Shown here: in pieces, positions 1 to 12,364 of the stretch
How the letters are laid out: each line of letters starts with the position of its first letter
How positions within the stretch are numbered: the stretch's first letter is position 1
Program-made: the position numbers and the translations under genes
Notes under the pieces: model-generated
The model's input: only the letters and a program-made list of their open reading frames with translations
What the model was told of the DNA's origin: nothing
Databases searched by the model: none
DNA from: Dicyema japonicum
Taxonomy: Eukaryota; Animalia; Dicyemida
Direction of reading: 5' to 3'
NCBI GenBank assembly: GCA_011109175.1
Contig: RDEW01000026.1
Location: forward strand, 699,695 to 763,694
Length of the DNA: 64,000 nucleotides

Positions 1-314
1 CATGAATACCATGTGGAATGCAGGGCGTCTTATATATGAACTGACCGCATCCACCGTTAAAATAATGATTCCCATACTTACAAGCTGTAAAGTCATCATT
101 ACTAGAGCATTCCTTGCACTCCCTAAAGTTAATTTTCCAATCAGGACAAATGATGTCTTGTTTTAGTCACTTAACCAACCATGTTTGGAGATACTGAACC
201 CAAATAGAAAGTGATAGACTCCCAAGAAAACATACCCCCTTAAATAGTACATTAATTATACCCAATCATAGTTATGAGTACTATGAGCACTGATAGCAAC
301 AAAGCACTACGCAT
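1..314 (-). CDS. JTB-like small Cys-rich membrane protein, paralogue 1 (3' end runs off the window)
   Basis: ATG at 314; two 23-nt GT-AG introns; spliced translation MRSALLLSVLIVLITMIGGYVFLGVYHFLFGFSISKHDIICPDWKINFRECKECSSNDDFTACKYGNHYFNGGCGQFIYKTPCIPHGIH... with six Cys; clearly paralogous to 10034-10436. Confidence 0.6.
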
Positions 315-409
315 ATTTAATTATGATTATTATTATTAAAGCCAAAGAAACAATATTAATTTATTAATTAATGTAAATAATAAAAAGCATGCTATTTTGA
401 ACGATAAAC

Positions 410-2500
410 ATGGTGACATCTCCGGACTTATCCGTCTGCTCACCTCGTCTTTCCCGATCATTAATTGGACGGTCCGTTATGCCCTCCGGAGCGACCACCA
501 TTCAATGATAATGAAGCTGAACTGCGAACCACGCTTTGTACCGAAGCCTATTCATTTCTATGATTACAAAAATGCAAATTGGACTGGCTTTACAAATTTC
601 GTTGATTCAAAACTGCAACATTTCCAACCTGAAAATTTCTCCTCCAAAGACAAAGCTGTATATTATTTCAACAAAATAATCATTGACGGGAGAAATATTT
701 TTATCAGACGGGCGAAAAATTGAAATACGACTCAAAAACAAAAAAAATAATTATGGAAAGAAACAACCTTAAGAGAATGATACATCGTTCACGAGAGGTC
801 ATTAATCGAATCAGGTCACTAACATTCTTATCAACGAAAAGCACAAACAACACCCAAAGGAAGAAACTTTGCGAATCTCTGCTGCCATGAATAATCAGAC
901 CTCAATTTCCAACATGTGGAAGGTGTTGAGACGTCTTAAGAAACCAGAAAACGAAGATAACAAAAAATAATGTCAGCTCAATCTGAATAAACTTATGAAT
1001 CATTTTATCCGATTCAATAACATTCTTTATTAAAAAATAACACACAACCAAAAATAAACAGAAATTTAATCAAAATGGCCCCGCTGACTTATTTTCTTCC
1101 TAAAGATGTATACAAAGCAACATCGATTCAGATAAAAACAAACTCATGTGGCCCAGATGGAATTGCTTTTATTCTGCTGAAACACTTGGGACAAACATCA
1201 ATAAATGCATTAACAAACATCTACAACACCTCGCTAATCATAAATACCATAACGACTCAATGGAAACTATCAAAAATTCGACCAATATTGAAGCCGGGAA
1301 GACCGAAGAACGATCCCGGCTCTTACAGACCAGTTTCCCTTATATGTGTTTTGTCGAGGATCCTGGAGAAACTGGTCCTAAAAGTTATTCGCCCTTTTCT
1401 CCACAACCTACATTCCAACATGGCTTCAAGGAAGGATTATCAACAACCTCCTTCCTAACAACATTAATGAAGCTCATAACTGAAGGACACAAAAACAAGC
1501 CAAAACAGGAAAAATCGGTCATATGTACGATCGACATTCAAAAAGCTTTCGACTCTGTCCCAAGAAAGATCCTCATACGAAAAATATTTTTGACAAAAAT
1601 TGATGCACCATTAAAGTTATAGTTAGCAGATTTCTTAAGTGGACGCCGAGGGAAAGTGTCCGTCGGAAACAAGAGTTCCAGATCGGGATTATTACCCAAT
1701 GGTGTACTCCAGGGATCTCCTCTGTCACCAATCTTCTTTAATTTGTTTTTGAATGATCTCCCCGTACCTATGAATAATAATGACATGCTACTTTCCTATG
1801 CCGATGACATAGTAGAAACGTAAATGTCGAACATGCTAAGAAAGACTACAAGGAATACTAAATAACATATTTGGATGGTTGTGCGAAAATCGATTAAATG
1901 CATGTTCCGAAAAGTCAGCAGTCACTCTATTTACTAAGAATAGAATGATGGGAACGCAAACAATTGATGTCACGTTAAATGGAGTACCTATACCACAAAA
2001 GAAATCGCAGAAGATGCTGGAGTAACTTTTGATACTTTCCTCTGCTTCTCAAGGCCATGTGGAATCTATCATATCAACCTGTGCAAAGAAAATCAATTTT
2101 GTAAAGGCCTTCCTTTGGAACTGTGGAGGAATTTATCCGCCAGGTATCGGGACCCTCTACAAGCAGTATGTCGAGCCAACAATAGGCTATGCATGTGCTT
2201 CATGGGGATCTAACATGTCGGCAACGAACCTAACAAAAATTCAAGAGATCCAGTCAAGAGCAAAAAAATTACTGGAAAAATATACAGATAAAGAAATTGC
2301 CCCAAGAGCACTCGAGTCTATCATAGAGGCAACTGGAGGCAATTTCAGAAGAGGAAAAAGACCCCCGTCCGTATAGAAAATGCGTGGGATCACGGTCGGA
2401 GCATCGAGAAAAAATGGCCCGATTATTGAGAGATGCCGGGATCACCTGAATATTAGTTATTGGTTAAGACGGTGTTTCTTTGACTTAAATAATAATAATG
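410..2500 (+). mobile_element. Degenerate APE-RT non-LTR retrotransposon (LINE-A family), 5'-truncated
   Basis: End of EN domain (SDH), KPGRPKNDPGSYRPVSL, QHGFK, DIQKAFD, YADD; C-terminal ...SEHREKMARLLRDAGIT* at 2438-2449, then (TAA)n tail at ~2490-2499; multiple frameshifts. Confidence 0.85.
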
Positions 2501-4400
2501 CAACGTGATTTCGATTCGGTGGCGTTAAAACTCTCTCGAGTTGGCAAACATGTTGAAAAGAAAAAAGGAGAAGGGTCACCTGCGATACCTGATAATATGA
2601 ATGTAATTCTTGCCATATCCGAGATCGCTGTGGCAGATGACCCAAAAAATGGGCGAGGAAGGTAATCCTGCAGGTACGTAGCAGGCTATCTCAAATGCCC
2701 TGAAATGGTTGGACATACATGGCGGAGCTCTGCAGTGACAGATTCAATACTGCTATATCTGTGAGTAAACTCAAGAAAATGGCTGTAGCACTGGAAGGGC
2801 ACATAAGTAGTGTGGCGAGAGGGGTTAGAGGAAAAGCACCGGCTATAGTAAAGGGGCTAATTAGTAAAATCCGTGTTCCCAAATGGGACCTCAAAGAGTT
2901 GAGGAGGGCAAAGGTGGAGTTAGAGGGGGCAATAATGGTGTATAAGAGGAAACTCTATACACATGAAAGTCGGTGTAAGAGAAGGAGAGAAAATAATCTG
3001 TTTGAGTTTAATCGCAGATTGTTTTTACCGTCTCCTACACGAAAATGGCCATAGTGTATGTTCCCAGCAGGACGCGGAAATGCTTTCCACATGGGGTAGT
3101 ATGTGGGAGCTAAACCACGCAGAGGAAATGAGTGGAATGTCCCGTACAGCGCTGCTCCTTTCTTGGCGGAATCATGCGAAATTTTCGATTTTCGCAAGAA
3201 ATTTGAGGCGGTAGTGAGACATCTCTCTGATTGGAAAACGACCGGGTCGAAAAAGTTTATAATTTCTTTATCAAAAATGCACTTCATTGCACGTGTCTAT
3301 GTGTCGTGTATTACAGAAAAGTATCACTAACCCGGAAACGATTCCTGATTGGGCATGCACAGGGACAACTTATTTGATCTCAAAGCTGGAACAACCCCCA
3401 GTCTGCTGCAGATTATCGACCAACCCTGTATAAACTGAATGATCAAATTGGTGGCTAATGAGGTCAGGAACTTTATAGAAGCAAATGGGATTCTCTCTAA
3501 GAATCAGTTGGGTACTGTGCGAAATTGTCAGGTCTTTGTGCTGGCAGCCAATAAGAAGAGATTATATTTACCCCGTGATAAATTCGGCCGTGGACTGTGT
3601 GGAGTAGTCCAACTAAGTGAGCGTATTCTAATGCGAATGCACGACACCCAGATAGCTGGGTCAAGTATGTCTGCTAGGAAGCACGCCATAATAACGACCG
3701 AAAAAACACGGGCAACCCACCTAGCACTATCAGACCTTTTTTGTCTGCTAAGTATGGTGTTGATGATGGTGGGCTAGTAAATGTGAAGGCGTTGATCGAA
3801 TTACAATATAATAATTTGATGGAAAAGATCAACTTAAAAAGCCTTCATAAGGTCCTCTTCAGAGCATTGGACAACCAAATTAAGGTAGACAGTGTTATCC
3901 GTACCTTGGTGCTAGTCAAGCACAATAAACCGGACATTGTGGTACACGATAAAAAGTCTGGCCGAGTCCTTATCATAGAGGTTGGCATCACGTCTCAAGA
4001 CCGTTGCAGAATGTGGAGGTTGAGAAATAAAGAAAGTATGACTTTCTTGCAAACGTGATGGGGCAGATGCTTGGTTGCAGGTCCTCGTTATTCCTATAGT
4101 AATGACGTGGGAAGTTATTGCAACAAAGTACCACAAGGGTTATCTGAAGCAGTTGGGGGTAAATGAGAAGCTCCAGGCCTATCTACAGTCCACTGTGTTA
4201 AAGCGGACCCTAGAGAGCCTGACAATGGAGTATAGGAGGCAGAGCCCTGAGGTGCCATATGAGCAGAGGGCTTAATCGGACAAGGTGCTCTCGGAGTTGT
4301 TTCAGCAACCAGAATCGAACCTGCCTGAGGAGGCTGGCGAACAGGTAGGCGAGGAAGGTTGTTGATTATTAAATATAAAAACTTTTTTATTGTTTGTTAA
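2500..4400 (+). mobile_element. R4-like non-LTR retrotransposon with restriction-like endonuclease, internally deleted
   Basis: ENNLFEFNRRLF, LYLPRDKFGRGL, REL motif HNKPDIVVHDKKSGRVLIIEVGIT, IPIVMTWE...LQAYLQSTVLKRTLESL; the RT core is largely deleted. Confidence 0.75.
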
Positions 4401-4548
4401 ATAAAGTGGGGTGTTTATTGCTAATATATGGGACAATTTTTAAAGAATTAAATCAATATTTTTTGTTATTAACCTTATGACGTCAAACAAGAGAAATGAA
4501 CTTGATTTTAATACCAAAAACAAGATTGCTGAGAAAATCATAGAACAT

Positions 4549-6189
4549 CTGTGTTTGCTTCAAATTTTCTTGAGTAGGTTTTTTTACTCTCACAAGGAGT
4601 TCTGTGTTAGATAGAAGGATTTGGATCATTCTCAGACTTGATTTGTCAATAAACCCTTCCAGCACTGTCATCAATTTGTTCCTGTTACTATTATTATTAT
4701 TATTACCCCCAGGATCACTGGGTCAAAGAGAAAGAAATAAAAGTTCTCATCTAACTAAGTGATCTCAGACCGACAAAGGTGAGGACGAGTCCGGCGGGGT
4801 CGAGAATCCTGAACAGCTCTTCTCATAGGACATGGCATCGGCTCACAATTTCTGTATGATTGTAGATAATTCGATAGTATTTGGAATAGAGGGCAGCTCG
4901 TCGGTAGAACAGCCTCCTTTAATAGTTTCCGTTGTATTTCAATTAAAAAATTTTCAATAGGTTGGATGTTGTGATCTGGTCCAATTAACCTTATTGCAGT
5001 CTCCTCGATTGCAGATAACTTCAATGTGGAAGATCGTGACATTTGCATTGCCCATGAAGGACTTGCATACGTCATCGTTGGTCGGATGAATTGTTTGTAA
5101 ATCGTGGCAAGGATCCCAGTTTGATCTCTAAATATTTTTGAGAGCACTTTTAAAATTCTCATTTTTTCAGAGCAGAAGTTACTCTGTTTTCAACATGCCG
5201 GATAAAGGTGAGTCCCTGATTAAAGGTTACTCCCAGAATCTTCGGTGTTTTGTTAATAGAGATAGCTTCGTTTTCATAAAGACTTTTGGTTCGATACATA
5301 GCTGTCTTGTGTAAGTGGTAAACAGTGTGACAAAGGACTTTGCTGCTGATGTGTCGAGTCTCCGCTTCAAGAGCCATAGTTCCAGCTTTGTTGAGCCAAC
5401 TGAGTCGCTGATTGAATGCTTCTGTCTTGGAGCAAGAATGATATCGTCGGCATAGGAGAGGATTAGACAGTTTTCATTACAGGTTTGGCATGTCGTTTAT
5501 GTAGAATTGAAAGTTGGGGTGATAGTGGGAGCCTTGAGGGACTCCATTTGGGAAATAGCGAGATCTTGATTTGATGTTGTTGCAGAGTACTTGTGCTCGT
5601 CTTCCATTTAGGAAGTTTCCAAGCCAAAGTTTCAGGTTCGGATGGATGTTGGTTTGTATATTTTCTTTGTTAGAAGTTTCCAGGGGATTGAGTCGAACGC
5701 TTTTGTGATGTCCACGGATATAAGTACTGTCCTCTGATGGGGTTTGGGGGAGTTAAATCCTTCCGCAATGAATTGTGTGAGGGTTGTAAGGTGTGTTGTC
5801 GTCGAATGGTTGTCCCGGAATCCGTGCTGGGTCGGAGGTATTGAGATTGAGTCTTGTATTTTTTTCCAAAACAAGCCTTGAGACCGAACTTAGAATAGAT
5901 ATTGGGGATAGGAAGATGGTTCATCTATTGGTTTGTTGGGTTTTCGGATAGGTCTGATTAGAGGCTTCTTCCATATTTCAGGGATTGTATTTGTGTTAAT
6001 GGATAGGTTGAATATATAGGCTAATAGTTCAGGGCTCGATGGCCTATGTGCTTCAGTTCACATGTGGTTATGTTGTCTGGTCCTTTGGCCTCTGAGTTGT
6101 TGGCTTAGATATGGCTCTGCGAACATCCTGACTAGTAAATAGGATCCAGTCATCGGAGCGTTTCGGTTCAATCTTTTTCAGGAATACTT
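4549..6189 (-). mobile_element. Composite: 5'-truncated LINE-A (4687-6189) followed by an RTE RT fragment (4549-4686); near-identical to 39267-40932
   Basis: QHGFRDNHSTTT, DITKAFD, YADD, ...SEIT* at 4755-4766, (TAA)n tail at ~4690-4705, then RTE-type LMTVLEGFIDKSSLRMIQILLSNTEL; the same junction occurs at ~39405. Confidence 0.85.
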
Positions 6190-7019
6190 TTTATTGTTTG
6201 TTAAATAAAGTGGGATGTAAATAATAATTATTAAATTTTATATCCCAATTATTAATAATAATCATTCACTTTATTGTACTTTAATTACATATGAGGCTAT
6301 TTCAAACATTTACCCTTCTATCGTTTAATGTCAGAGGTTTAAGAGACGAAGATCAGGAGAAGATATATAAATAATACCGAATCTCTTCCTTTTATTTGAA
6401 TCACAGAGGTTTCACAAGAGTTTTTAGAACGCAATTTATAAGTACAACAAAGTAGAAGGCTAAAAAATCGCGGAAAAGTTAGACTCATGCTATAAATTGC
6501 ATACATGAGTATAAAATTTTTTTTTATTTGCCAGGAGTGGTTTGCAAAAAGCAGCAAAATGCCGTTGTGGAGAAAGTATGAATGGGAAATCACTGATAAA
6601 TAGGACGATTTTTGTCAATAAAGTCAAAAATTAATATGTTTTCTAAATTGTTTAAATGTAGTTTTTAATCAAAAATATTATATAAATCAAAAGTTATAAA
6701 GTTAAAAAAGTTAAAATTTTGGGTAATGTCGAAAATTAGTTAAAATTTAATTTTTTAGGTCAATAAAGTCACAATTTTTATTGATTTTGATTTTTTTAAT
6801 TTTTGAGTTTTTAAATAAAATACTAGCGTGGAATCAATTATCATCATTTTTAAATACTAGCGTTGAAGCACTATCTAAAGACCGAAATTTTAAACCCGAA
6901 AACGATTTGAATTATATTATTTTGCATTTTAATAAAGATTTTGAATAGTTATTTTTATATTAAAAAAAATTTTTTTGTAGATGAATTTATCATAAAGTCA
7001 CAAAAGGTCGGTCGACTTA

Positions 7020-8220
7020 GTGCTGCGGTCTTGACTGAATCCCTGTAATAGTTCTGAAAACATAGGCCCCTATACTATCATGGCCTTCATCAAAATTTTC
7101 AACTTTTCAATCAACGAAAATTGTATTGTTTCCATATGGAAGCTATCAAACATACGACCAATTCTGAAACCCGGGCAACCAAAGGGATCACCAGCCTCAT
7201 ACAGACCAATATCTCTTCTATGTGTTACATCAAAAATTTTGGAAAAGCTGATTCTTGAACTTATCAAACCATACCTTCCTGATGTACCTTTTCAACAAGG
7301 ATTCAGAAAAGGGCACTCCACAGAAACGCATTAACATGCCTTACAAATTTCATCAAGGATGGCCTAAAACGCAAACCTCATCAGAAGTCATTGACATACT
7401 CCATCGATATATAAAAAGCTGTCCCAAAAAAGCTTTTGATAAGGAATATCTTATGTCAAAATTTTCAAACAACCTGAAAATCTGGATTGCTAATTTTCTA
7501 AATAGAAGAAGAGTGATGTAAAAAACTGGGGTCCCTCAAGGATCTTCATTGTCACACCTGTTCAACCTATTCCTAAATGATATGCCCTCCCTTACCAGTG
7601 ACAATACTCTGGTTCTGACATATGCGGATTATATAATTGTCGCAGTCAAAGACCAGTGCGTTCATACTGCTGTATACCAGCCACAAGCTTCATTGGACGT
7701 TCTGAAACTGTTGGCTCGTTAAGAACATTCTACATACAAGTCCCGAAAAGTCTTGTACAACAATTTTCACAACAAACAGAAGATTGACAAACTCCGCTCC
7801 ATGTGTAACCATAAATGGAAACTCAACCCCCACGACCAACTCAGTCAAGATACTGGGCATAGCATACGACCCACTCTTGACCTTCAGCAAACACATCGAC
7901 AAAGTCATCTCCTCAAGACAACAAAGCTGAATTTTGTTAAAACACTCCTTGGACAATATAATGGGTGTTTTAACTCAAATTTGGACTCGCTCTACGTTCA
8001 GTATATTCAACCTTCTCTAACTTACGGGGGTGCTGCATGGGGAACCAAACTATCAAATGCGAATATGGAAAAATCAACATTCCAAAAATGGCCAGTAAGG
8101 CTCTGCAAAGGTTTTCCCAGACACCTCTAAACCCTACACCATTCGAGGAATAAGTGATGAAAACCGGAGAACGAGATGTAGTTATTTGTCGGTGATTTTT
8201 GGTTTTAATAAATAAATTCA
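7020..8220 (+). mobile_element. Degenerate LINE-A RT fragment
   Basis: KPGQPKGSPASYRPISLLC, QQGFRKGHST, GVPQGS, YAD; frameshifted. Confidence 0.8.
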
Positions 8221-8425
8221 CTGTGATGCTGCGTTCAATCAAGAATGACACTAAAAGAATAAGTCTGTTGTTAGAAAAATAATGAATTTTCTATCAATTC
8301 ACAAGGAGAGTAGTTAACTGTTTTGAAATAATAAAATACTATTTAAAATATAATGGGATCAATTTATATGAATTAATATTAAATAAAATCGTAAACAAAT
8401 AGAAAGTAAAACATTGGCACCTTTA

Positions 8426-8648
8426 TTAGTTTTGAGATTGTGAGTCCTTAATTGATCTATAATTATATTAATAGGGTTAACTTTAGTATTTTGTCAACTA
8501 ATTTATTTTTTGAAGTAAGAAGGCCGTCTAGGAAACATATAGGAGACAATGAAGGGTTCTTCAATATATCGTACTGAAGAAATTCCTCCTTCAAAGCAAC
8601 ATATTCATCATAACTTTCCAAATCAACATCAACACTATCACCAATCAT
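8426..8648 (-). CDS. Putative small orphan acidic protein (~65 aa) with one micro-intron
   Basis: MIGDSVDVDLESYDEYVALKEEFLQYDILKNPSLSPICFLDGLLTSKNKLVDKILK|SIKDSQSQN*; 25-nt GT-AG intron 8457-8481; AATAAA overlaps the stop; flanked by AT-rich spacer. No homology recognised. Confidence 0.4.
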
Positions 8649-8739
8649 TGATTATATTATTTAATAATTTATATTTACTTTTTAATATAACAAAATTTAT
8701 AGTATTAACGAATTTGAATAATTTTCATAATCATCTTTA

Positions 8740-9258
8740 TCTCGGTACGCCTCAACAGGATCGAGAGGTTTTTCTTGTGTTCCTCCAGAGTACCCACGGT
8801 TTTCCTGTACATACGACGATCATCTTCGCTAGGATTTGAAGAGGGGTGGATTTTTCCCCAAAATTACGTGTATTTGAAGCTTTTAGCCTTGACTGGAAGA
8901 AACGACCACAGAGACCGATGAAGCCGGAGCCGTTATTTTTGATTGCGGCGTGGTCAAGCATTGGGGGGAAAGATCGGGGGTAGAATTGTTAGACGTGCAA
9001 GTTTGTCTGTTAGGTAATTTATCTTTTATACATTGGATATTGAAGCTCCATAGGCCCATGAGGCACATGCATACTCAAATCCAGTGTATGCTTTTCTTTT
9101 CTGTCTGTGAAGATAGTATACGTTGATTTATTTCTGGATATGGAGAAACGATTCAAATTCAACCAGGCTCCCAGGTCGTCAAAATGTGTCTGAAGCTCTG
9201 ATTTGCCATATTTACGTATTTGTTCCTGCTAGCGATAATTAAGTCGTCAGCATATGTA
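8740..9258 (-). mobile_element. LINE-A 3' RT fragment
   Basis: TYADDLIIASR on the minus strand at ~9225-9257; C-terminal EEHKKNLSILLRRT resembles the other LINE-A ends. Confidence 0.65.
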
Positions 9259-9379
9259 GGAACCGGGATCACTTAATTAGTTAGTTTACTCCTTCTTTCT
9301 TGGTGTTTTCTTTTCGGGGTTATTAAATAAATAATAAATGTTAAAAGAAATAATCTAAAACTTTATTAGGATTAATAAA

Positions 9380-9672
9380 GTGAGCCGCGTGGTGCTTCGT
9401 GGCTAATTGGTTGAAGTTTCTGTTATGTTCGTCTGTTCCTCCTGTTTCTTCCTATTAGAGTGCCGTCATGTGATCCATCTGTCCAGGTGGCGCCCAGTGC
9501 CAGATTTGCTCTTTCCCACTGCACTGGAGGGGTTTCCACACTGCAAGCATGGACGTCTTTTACCTTTTATGTTGATTCCGGATAGACTCTGTTATTGTAG
9601 AAGTGTAAACTGGATACACTTAATTAGTTGTTTAACTTCTTTCTCGGTGTATCCGGCGTTAATAAATAAATA
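9380..9672 (+). mobile_element. ~290-bp non-coding repeat (non-autonomous LINE-A partner, SINE-like), copy 1
   Basis: Collinear homologue at 46520-46810 on the opposite strand; terminal hairpin GGATACAC(9612-9619)/GTGTATCC(9647-9654) then (TAAA)n tail; 3' end resembles the LINE-A tail at 9265-9335. Confidence 0.7.
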
Positions 9673-10033
9673 ACGAAGATAAGAATGGATCACCTAATAT
9701 GAGTTTTTTTATTTAAAAACTTGAGACCACTGAGGACTTGGGTGTTAAAGGCAACAAATTAGGTAATCCCCGCTTAAAACAATTTTCTGTCTTTGGGTTA
9801 ATGATTTTTATTTATGCAAAAGTGGTTTCACCTAAAATCTAAGAAAATTAATAAGGAAAATGGTTCTAAAAATAGTGTAGCTTTAACGATTAAGACCCCT
9901 CATAGTTATTGAAGAATGCAAAGTGAAGGAATCCAAGTAGGCAACGATGTGGTAATAGAATCAACAACCAAAAGATTCTCTTAATTCTCAGTAATTATCA
10001 AAATTCCCCAAAACGTAATTTATTATTGAAATA

Positions 10034-10436
10034 TTAAATCCTAAGACCAAGTTGTCTTTTTCTTAGTAAAAGACTAATTCCTAGGACGGCGAAGCAGCCA
10101 GCAAGGAAATAATTAACCCTTCGAGAATCCTTGACATCGTAGGGGATGCAGGGGACTTTGAATATTAACTGACCACATTTGTAGTTCATGTAATCATCCC
10201 AAAAATTACATGCAGAAAATTCTGAATTAATCGCACATCCCTTGCACCTTGCCTCCTCTAATTTCCAATTGGGACAAATAATGTCTGCTTTTAATAATTT
10301 AACCTACCATGTTTGGAGATACTGAACCCAAATAGAAAATGGTATACTCCCAGAAAGACATATCCTCTTAAATTGTATATTAATTATACCCAATAGCAGA
10401 TAGGAGAACTATAAGAAGACACGACGTATTACGCAT
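10034..10436 (-). CDS. JTB: JTB (jumping translocation breakpoint)-like protein, paralogue 2
   Basis: Introns 10367-10389 (23 nt) and 10285/10288-10307 (NAGNAG, 23/20 nt); spliced MRNTSCLLIVLLSAIGGYVFLGVYHFLFGFSISKH(A)DIICPNWKLEEARCKGCAINSEFSACNFWDDYMNYKCGQLIFKVPCIPYDVKDSRRVNYFLAGCFAVLGISLLLRKRQLGLRI*. Hydrophobic N-terminus, six-Cys ectodomain, TM helix and RxRQL after the TM match the recalled JTB architecture. Confidence 0.62.
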
Positions 10437-11106
10437 ATTTAATTAAATAATTAACATATATTTTATTATTTGCCCATTATTTTATTATTAAAAATTAAAT
10501 AATTCATGACCTGATCGTAGCGACTCGCTTTCTGTGGTAGTTTAATAATATAGTTCATAGTATTTCAGGTTATTCATAAATAAGCAAAAAGGCGTGTTTT
10601 TAGTTTTATTGAGAAAACGCGAGACATAATTTTTGTCAAAGTTACTGTTTTGATGTGATTCTTATCCATAGAACCATTTCCATACAACTCTATCCTAGGT
10701 CATAATCAGAACAGAGTTCTCGCACAAGGATGTCATATTTGTGACATTTCTCAACTTTAGCTTGTTTGTGATATAATACCCATTTCGATAAGAGTTATTA
10801 CATTTTTATCTTGACTCCACAAAAATAACATCTACATTAGATTCCTCCACATAATTGAAGAGCGTTGAATATTTGCTATTTGTTCTATCTACCAGATATC
10901 ATTTCTGATGATTTGGGGACTCAACATTCTCCTTGTCAGTAATTCCATAATTAGAGGTAAAATCCTGCAATTGTACAAGTTCCATTTTTTAGTTTTTATA
11001 ACTCTACCTTCGCAAATAAACAGCCTCATTCAAAGGTTTTCAGAAAATAATTCTCGCGCAACACTAATCGTAAAAAAATAATACACGGCAAACATTAAAA
11101 ATTAAA

Positions 11107-12000
11107 TTATTTTAGATGCATAAAAGTGAGGACAAAAATTAGTAATTTAATGGACAAATTAATGTGGAATCGAATTTCTCCATTAATTTTTTTCAAATTT
11201 TCCAGTTTATTGTATTTCATATTATGCAGCGTAGAAAAAACTGTTTCGCATAAAAATGTCGTTGAAAATTGTAAAATAATCGTCAGTGGTACATAATGTT
11301 TCGAACACCCAGAATTTAACTCCATCAACATTAATTTAAAGGATCGATCGTTAAACAGTTCTATGAGTTTTTCATTTTCTTTAACAGTATTTTGACTGTG
11401 ACACAAAAAAAGGATTATCAAGTTTTCGTCTATGGTTTCAGTTCTTTTGCTATCAATTAGAATTAGACCCTAATTTTTTTTAAATTTTAAAGAACTGTAA
11501 AGTTACTTTTGAACGTAAACATAAAATATCTTATTTCTTTTTGTAACCACTCCGAGGTGACCCTTTTTGAATGTCCTGAACTCTCAGTCAGTTTTCTTTT
11601 CTTCTTTATAAGTGAATAGAATTTTAAGATCTCCGAGATTTTGGCTGCAACGTGAAAATAAACTGTTTTCTTGTCTTTTCGCAATAAGTTCGTACATCAT
11701 CATACGCCTCATGCTCTTCCAAGCTCAGTCGACAGGGAACGTAAAGTTTTTCTGAATATGCATCGATGGCCCATACAAACTTCTTTAGGGATTGATTAAT
11801 TGTGGTTCACAGTCATCGATAGCCGTCTCCAATCAAATTGACATTAACTTTTTCGACACGTTAAAATAAAATTATTCGGATTAAGAGTCTGAGTTATTTG
11901 TAGTTATTGAATATATTGATTCTTTACCATCAGAATTCTCAAAACTATTGCTTCAACATTCATTTTAGTGCACATCAATTTCAGATAGCTGTTCCCTTAG
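11107..12000 (-). pseudogene. Decayed hAT (Buster/Charlie-type) transposase
   Basis: LTIILQFSTTFLCETVFSTLHNMKYNKLENL matches the Buster/ZBED5 C-terminal motif LLPFSTTYLCExxFS; the upstream boundary is approximate. Confidence 0.55.
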
Positions 12001-12364
12001 TTTGTATTACATTGACGCGGGTATTCCTTGTTCTAAGGAGGGAATGATATTAAATCGACATTGCAGTCCGAATTATTATCCCATTTAATAACACAACTAA
12101 AAATCTTGTATATTAATTGCAAGAATGTCAATTCTTTGATCTCCACGAAAGGTTTTAGTTCACTATGTCTATTCTTTTGTTAGAATCAACCACTTAATGC
12201 ATTTTAGCACATTGTATTATTATAACTAAATCTGTAATCCTATTGACATACAACAGAATAATTATTACCAATGTAAATGATAAATTCTGCGTCAACATGA
12301 AGCAAGATAAAACAAATATTACCCACACTATAGAAAGCACAAGACATTATTTCCAAATAACAAA

